The position numbers and the translations under genes were made by a program. Source: Nitrososphaeraceae archaeon (lineage in GTDB: Archaea > Thermoproteota > Nitrososphaeria > Nitrososphaerales > Nitrososphaeraceae). From it: a stretch of 10,739 bases of DNA. The stretch's first letter is position 1. Every line of letters starts with the position of its first letter. Shown here one piece after another: positions 8,133 through 10,739 of this stretch. The stretch covers positions 1 through 10,739 of the forward strand of contig DATFEP010000024.1 in the NCBI GenBank assembly GCA_035250975.1. Direction: 5' to 3'. Under the pieces are notes generated by a model. That model searched no databases and was not told the DNA's origin. It saw only the letters and a list, made by a program, of their open reading frames with translations.

Positions 8133-8308
8133 TTTAATAAATTATTGCATCTAAAGTTTTTATTATTTTCAATACGATCTTTTTCCTTTTTTTTTAAAAA
8201 GAACCAGCAAGAGCGTTTGTAAATTATTTTTTCATTGAAATTAATTGAAATATTTTTAAAATTAATTATTAATATTTAATAGCATCTTCTTGTTATTGAA
8301 TAATTAAG

Positions 8309-8712
8309 TTGACTAACATTGATATTTGGCAAAAAGAGTTCTGGAATCGATTGAATCAACAAATGCAAGAAAATTTTAAAAAACAAATGGAACTTACACA
8401 AGAACAGGTAAAAAAACAAATGGAACTTACACAAGAACAGGTAAAAAAACAAATGGAATTTACACAAGAACAGATAAAAGAACAATTGGAATTTACAGAA
8501 GAACTGGTAAAAAAACAATTGAACTTACAGAAGAATAGCCAAGAAGATCAGAAGAAGAAGCAAAAATATCCATAGAAGTGGCTATGAAAAATGCAGAGAC
8601 TTTTCTTAATCAACATAATCCAACATTAGCAATGATAGAATTTGAACAAGCAAGATTTTTAAGAAATTTCATGAGAGTGAAATTTCCTTTTATTTTTATT
8701 AATTTAAAATAA
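8309..8712 (+). pseudogene. 11-residue-repeat helical protein. Reads as 88 aa (8309-8575) but appears to be a disrupted ~134-aa gene
   Basis: The fifth repeat lacks one G (TTG-AA CTT ACA GAA GAA TAG). The restored frame passes TAG 8536-8538 and continues PRRSEEEAKISIEVAMKNAETFLNQHNPTLAMIEFEQARFLRNFMRVKFPFIFINLK* to 8712. Confidence 0.6.
8378..8538 (+). repeat. 33-bp coding tandem repeat, ~4.9 units
   Basis: AAAAAACAAATGGAACTTACACAAGAACAGGTA is identical at 8378 and 8411, with variants at 8444, 8477 and 8510. It encodes KKQMELTQEQV-type units. Confidence 0.95.
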
Positions 8713-8759
8713 TTTATTTTATATATAATAATATTAAAATAATTTAAACATAAATCTTT

Positions 8760-8820
8760 AATATTATCTTCTTTACTATAAAATTAGACTCTTATTTTCT
8801 CATCAATATCGTATTACTCC
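8760..8820. repeat. Dispersed ~62-bp direct repeat, copy 2
   Basis: See copy 1. Exact core at 8783-8798. Confidence 0.85.
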
Positions 8821-8845
8821 TCATAGATCCATTATGTTTAGGATT

Positions 8846-8878
8846 TTATTTATGGGTTAATTATTTATGGGTTAATTA
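8846..8878. repeat. 15-bp tandem duplication
   Basis: TTATTTATGGGTTAA x2 plus TTA. Confidence 0.9.
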
Positions 8879-8988
8879 CTGCATAAGAATGTCTAATATT
8901 TTTGTCATCCTAAAATCTCCACAATCCAATTTGTTGTAATGCTTACAACCACAGATGTTGGTATTCTGCCTTGTAATAAATCAACTAA
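8876..8988 (-). pseudogene. Relic of the catalytic C-terminus of an archaeal (SSV1-type) tyrosine integrase
   Basis: The minus strand reads LVDLLQGRIPTSVVV, then after a 1-nt loss near 8942 (R)HYNKLDCGDFRMTKILDILMQ*. DxLQGR...RHY is the box II/catalytic Tyr signature of archaeal SSV1-like integrases. Confidence 0.65.
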
Positions 8989-9035
8989 TTATTTTATATT
9001 TTATTCTAATAGTCCTTTGATATCTATAATAACTA

Positions 9036-9077
9036 TTGTTAAAATGTTATTATAATTTGTTAAAATGTTATTATAAT
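9036..9077. repeat. Perfect 21-bp tandem duplication upstream of the int(N)-like ORF
   Basis: TTGTTAAAATGTTATTATAAT x2 (9036-9056, 9057-9077). Confidence 0.95.
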
Positions 9078-9083
9078 ATCAAA

Positions 9084-9440
9084 ATGCAATCACATAACAA
9101 AAATACTAAGCAATCGAATTATTCACTTTTAACAAATTCAGAATTTCAATTACTCAATGGAAAAGGAGATCGGTCTATTTCAAAAAACTTTGAGTATAAG
9201 ATGAGATCCAATATTAAAAAGAAAGTTCGTATATTCTTAGAAAAGGAATTACCTCTTCTTTTAGAAAATCACTTGATTTCTTTTGGGTATGACAATTACA
9301 ATATTGATCCCAATATTGTAGAAAATATTAAAAAAGATAATGACTTGGTAAGGAAAAGGTCGCGGGATCGAATCCCGCTCAAGACTCAGCCTTTAAGCAT
9401 AAATTTTGGTATTTTTGAAAATAGCATAATAAAATTATAG
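9084..9440 (+). CDS. Putative N-terminal fragment int(N) of a tRNA-split integrase
   Basis: The ORF (open from TTG 9036; ATG 9084 preferred) reads through a tRNA 3' half as LVRKRSRDRIPLK and stops 54 nt later. The N-terminus LLTNSEFQLLNG...ISKNFEYKMRSNIKKKVRIFLEKELPLL is basic and helical. Confidence 0.55.
   Translation: MQSHNKNTKQSNYSLLTNSEFQLLNGKGDRSISKNFEYKMRSNIKKKVRIFLEKELPLLLENHLISFGYDNYNIDPNIVENIKKDNDLVRKRSRDRIPLKTQPLSINFGIFENSIIKL
9344..9386 (+). other. 3' half of tRNA-Thr(GGT): probable att site (not a complete tRNA)
   Basis: C-TTGGTAA (anticodon loop, GGT 9347-9349)-GGAAA-AGGTC (variable)-GCGGG-ATCGAAT-CCCGC (perfect T stem)-TCAAGAC-T. Spacing is canonical for positions 31-73. There is no D arm or 5' acceptor strand upstream. 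Confidence 0.82.
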
Positions 9441-9612
9441 ATAAATACAACTCTCAAAAAGATTTTTTTATCTTGTAAAATTTGCTAATTTATAATTTTG
9501 AGATAGGTTCTTAATTAAGCCAAATTGTGATCGTTAAATTGAAAAAATCTACTAAAATCAAGCACAGAACATAGCAGCAAAACAAAATATACTACTACTT
9601 TATCCGTTGTTA

Positions 9613-10038
9613 TTAGAACCGATATTTGTCTAAGTCTTTTTCTATAATTGCTAAACTGTCATAGAAAGATTTAATGCATTTTTGATAAATAGAATAATGG
9701 AATTTTCTTCCGTCGAAACATTCACGTGTATTTTGATATCCATGTTGATGATCTATGTTATAACAATGTCCTTCTTTAACTTTATTTGTTAGATTCATTA
9801 GTGTCCAAGACATAAATATTAGACTAAAAATCCACATTTTTATCTCCAAATCATTTTTATCATAACGAACACGGCATCTTTCGGATTCATAAGTTTCAGA
9901 AGATATAAGATCGTCTAAATTTGTCATTATATTCTTTGCAAGAATATTAATATCTAATCCTTCTTTTGTAGTTTTTTTGCTAATTTGATCTTGAACAAGA
10001 TTATAAAATTCATTTATGTTTGTTTGAGTAATTTCCAT
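9613..10038 (-). CDS. Hypothetical protein (141 aa) with Cys/His-rich C-terminal segment
   Basis: Uninterrupted ORF in AT-rich DNA with an ATG start. No family recognised. Confidence 0.6.
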   Translation of the reverse strand: MEITQTNINEFYNLVQDQISKKTTKEGLDINILAKNIMTNLDDLISSETYESERCRVRYDKNDLEIKMWIFSLIFMSWTLMNLTNKVKEGHCYNIDHQHGYQNTRECFDGRKFHYSIYQKCIKSFYDSLAIIEKDLDKYRF

Positions 10039-10141
10039 AATTTTTATTATGTTAATGAATTATATTAATAAGTCTAAAGATAATTATTAAATATGAATAC
10101 CATTCATAAAATTAATTATTTTAAAAATCTAATCATTGTTC

Positions 10142-10739
10142 GGTGTTGTTAATTTAAGACTATTTCACCTCCTATATTGAATATTATTGTCTTTCTGATT
10201 TTGGTGTTATATAGATATATGAATAATTTGATCCAATTGTATACATGTGATAGATCACATTTTATACTATTCTTGGTACAAGGATAGTAATCATCAAAAC
10301 ATTCTGTTCTGTCTTTGAAATACTGCATTACTCTTTCAATCAGACTTTTCTCGAATGGTGAATGTAATCGATGTTTCAGATGTAAAAAGTTACATGCCTG
10401 AGGATACCACGTACCACCCACCATCTGTATACACAGTATGTTTTCCATACTTTGATACAAGAGATCTAATAAAATTCTCTGCTACAAACATGTTTCTCTC
10501 TTCTGAGATGTAGATCCCAAGAACGGATCTATGAACAGGTTCAATACAGATCCACAACCAGAAATGATGACCCCCAATCTGAATTATAGTTTCATCTATG
10601 ATGAATGCTGATACTCTTTTTCTCTTGTAAATCCGTAATGAACCAAATCGTTGAATCCATTCCCAGACTGCAACATGACTTCTTTTCTCATCTCTAAAGA
10701 TTACTAATGCTTTAGATGTATTCCGTAGACTCAAACCAA
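10142..10739 (-). mobile_element. IS6-family insertion sequence, right copy (upstream end outside the window)
   Basis: IR GGTGTTGTTAATTTAAG at 10142-10158 overlaps the transposase stop. 10158-10739 is collinear with 1-578, with 9 mismatches in the first 60 aligned nt. Confidence 0.9.
10149..10739 (-). pseudogene. IS6-family transposase frameshifted by a 4-nt duplication
   Basis: ORFs 10390-10734 and 10149-10460 are two halves of one gene. The plus strand reads GTACCACCCACCATC (10411-10425) versus GTACCTCCATC in the intact left copy. Confidence 0.9.

Noticed and set aside
8276-8518. 80-aa Phe/Leu-rich minus-strand ORF that looks like a membrane peptide
   Set aside because: Reverse complement of the A-rich 33-bp repeat; the plus-strand reading is more protein-like.
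8378-8538. 33-bp repeats as a CRISPR array
   Set aside because: Head-to-tail units with no spacers, length a multiple of 3, coding, and no cas genes.
8037-8538. In-frame TGA (8037-8039) and TAG (8536-8538) as selenocysteine/pyrrolysine recoding
   Set aside because: The positions correspond to expected Arg and Gln/Leu rather than catalytic sites. No recoding machinery is visible, and neighbouring genes are also decayed.
9310-9386. Complete or split functional tRNA-Thr gene
   Set aside because: No D arm, 5' acceptor strand or 5' anticodon stem upstream, and no evident complementary leader for trans-splicing. An att remnant is the simpler explanation.
10390-10460. Programmed frameshift in the right IS6 transposase
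   Set aside because: Comparison with the left copy shows a 4-nt duplication next to the second catalytic Asp; IS6 transposases are single-ORF.

Overview
AT-rich archaeal accessory region. The gene families and TATA-type leaderless promoters resemble Nitrososphaeraceae (Nitrosocosmicus-like ammonia-oxidising archaea); this is inferred by recognition, not by a database search. Two diverged IS6-family copies in direct orientation bracket the window: the left copy has an intact transposase and the right copy is frameshifted. The left part of the enclosed DNA (707-4640) is an intact module of four genes: an OsmC-family protein lacking the second canonical Cys, an Lrp/AsnC regulator fused to a GAF domain, a 4-TM GtrA-like protein and an Rv2258c-like wHTH-SAM methyltransferase. 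Two distinct sets of palindromic operators are visible in its promoters. The right part is largely decayed. It holds a broken IS5 element, frameshifted DUF4242 and ABM genes, a nonsense-disrupted RHH-like gene and a broken 11-residue-repeat protein. It also holds relics of an SSV1-type split integrase: an int(N)-like ORF running through the 3' half of tRNA-Thr(GGT), and an opposite-strand 'DLLQGR...HY' fragment. Several of these features are absent from the supplied ORF track.
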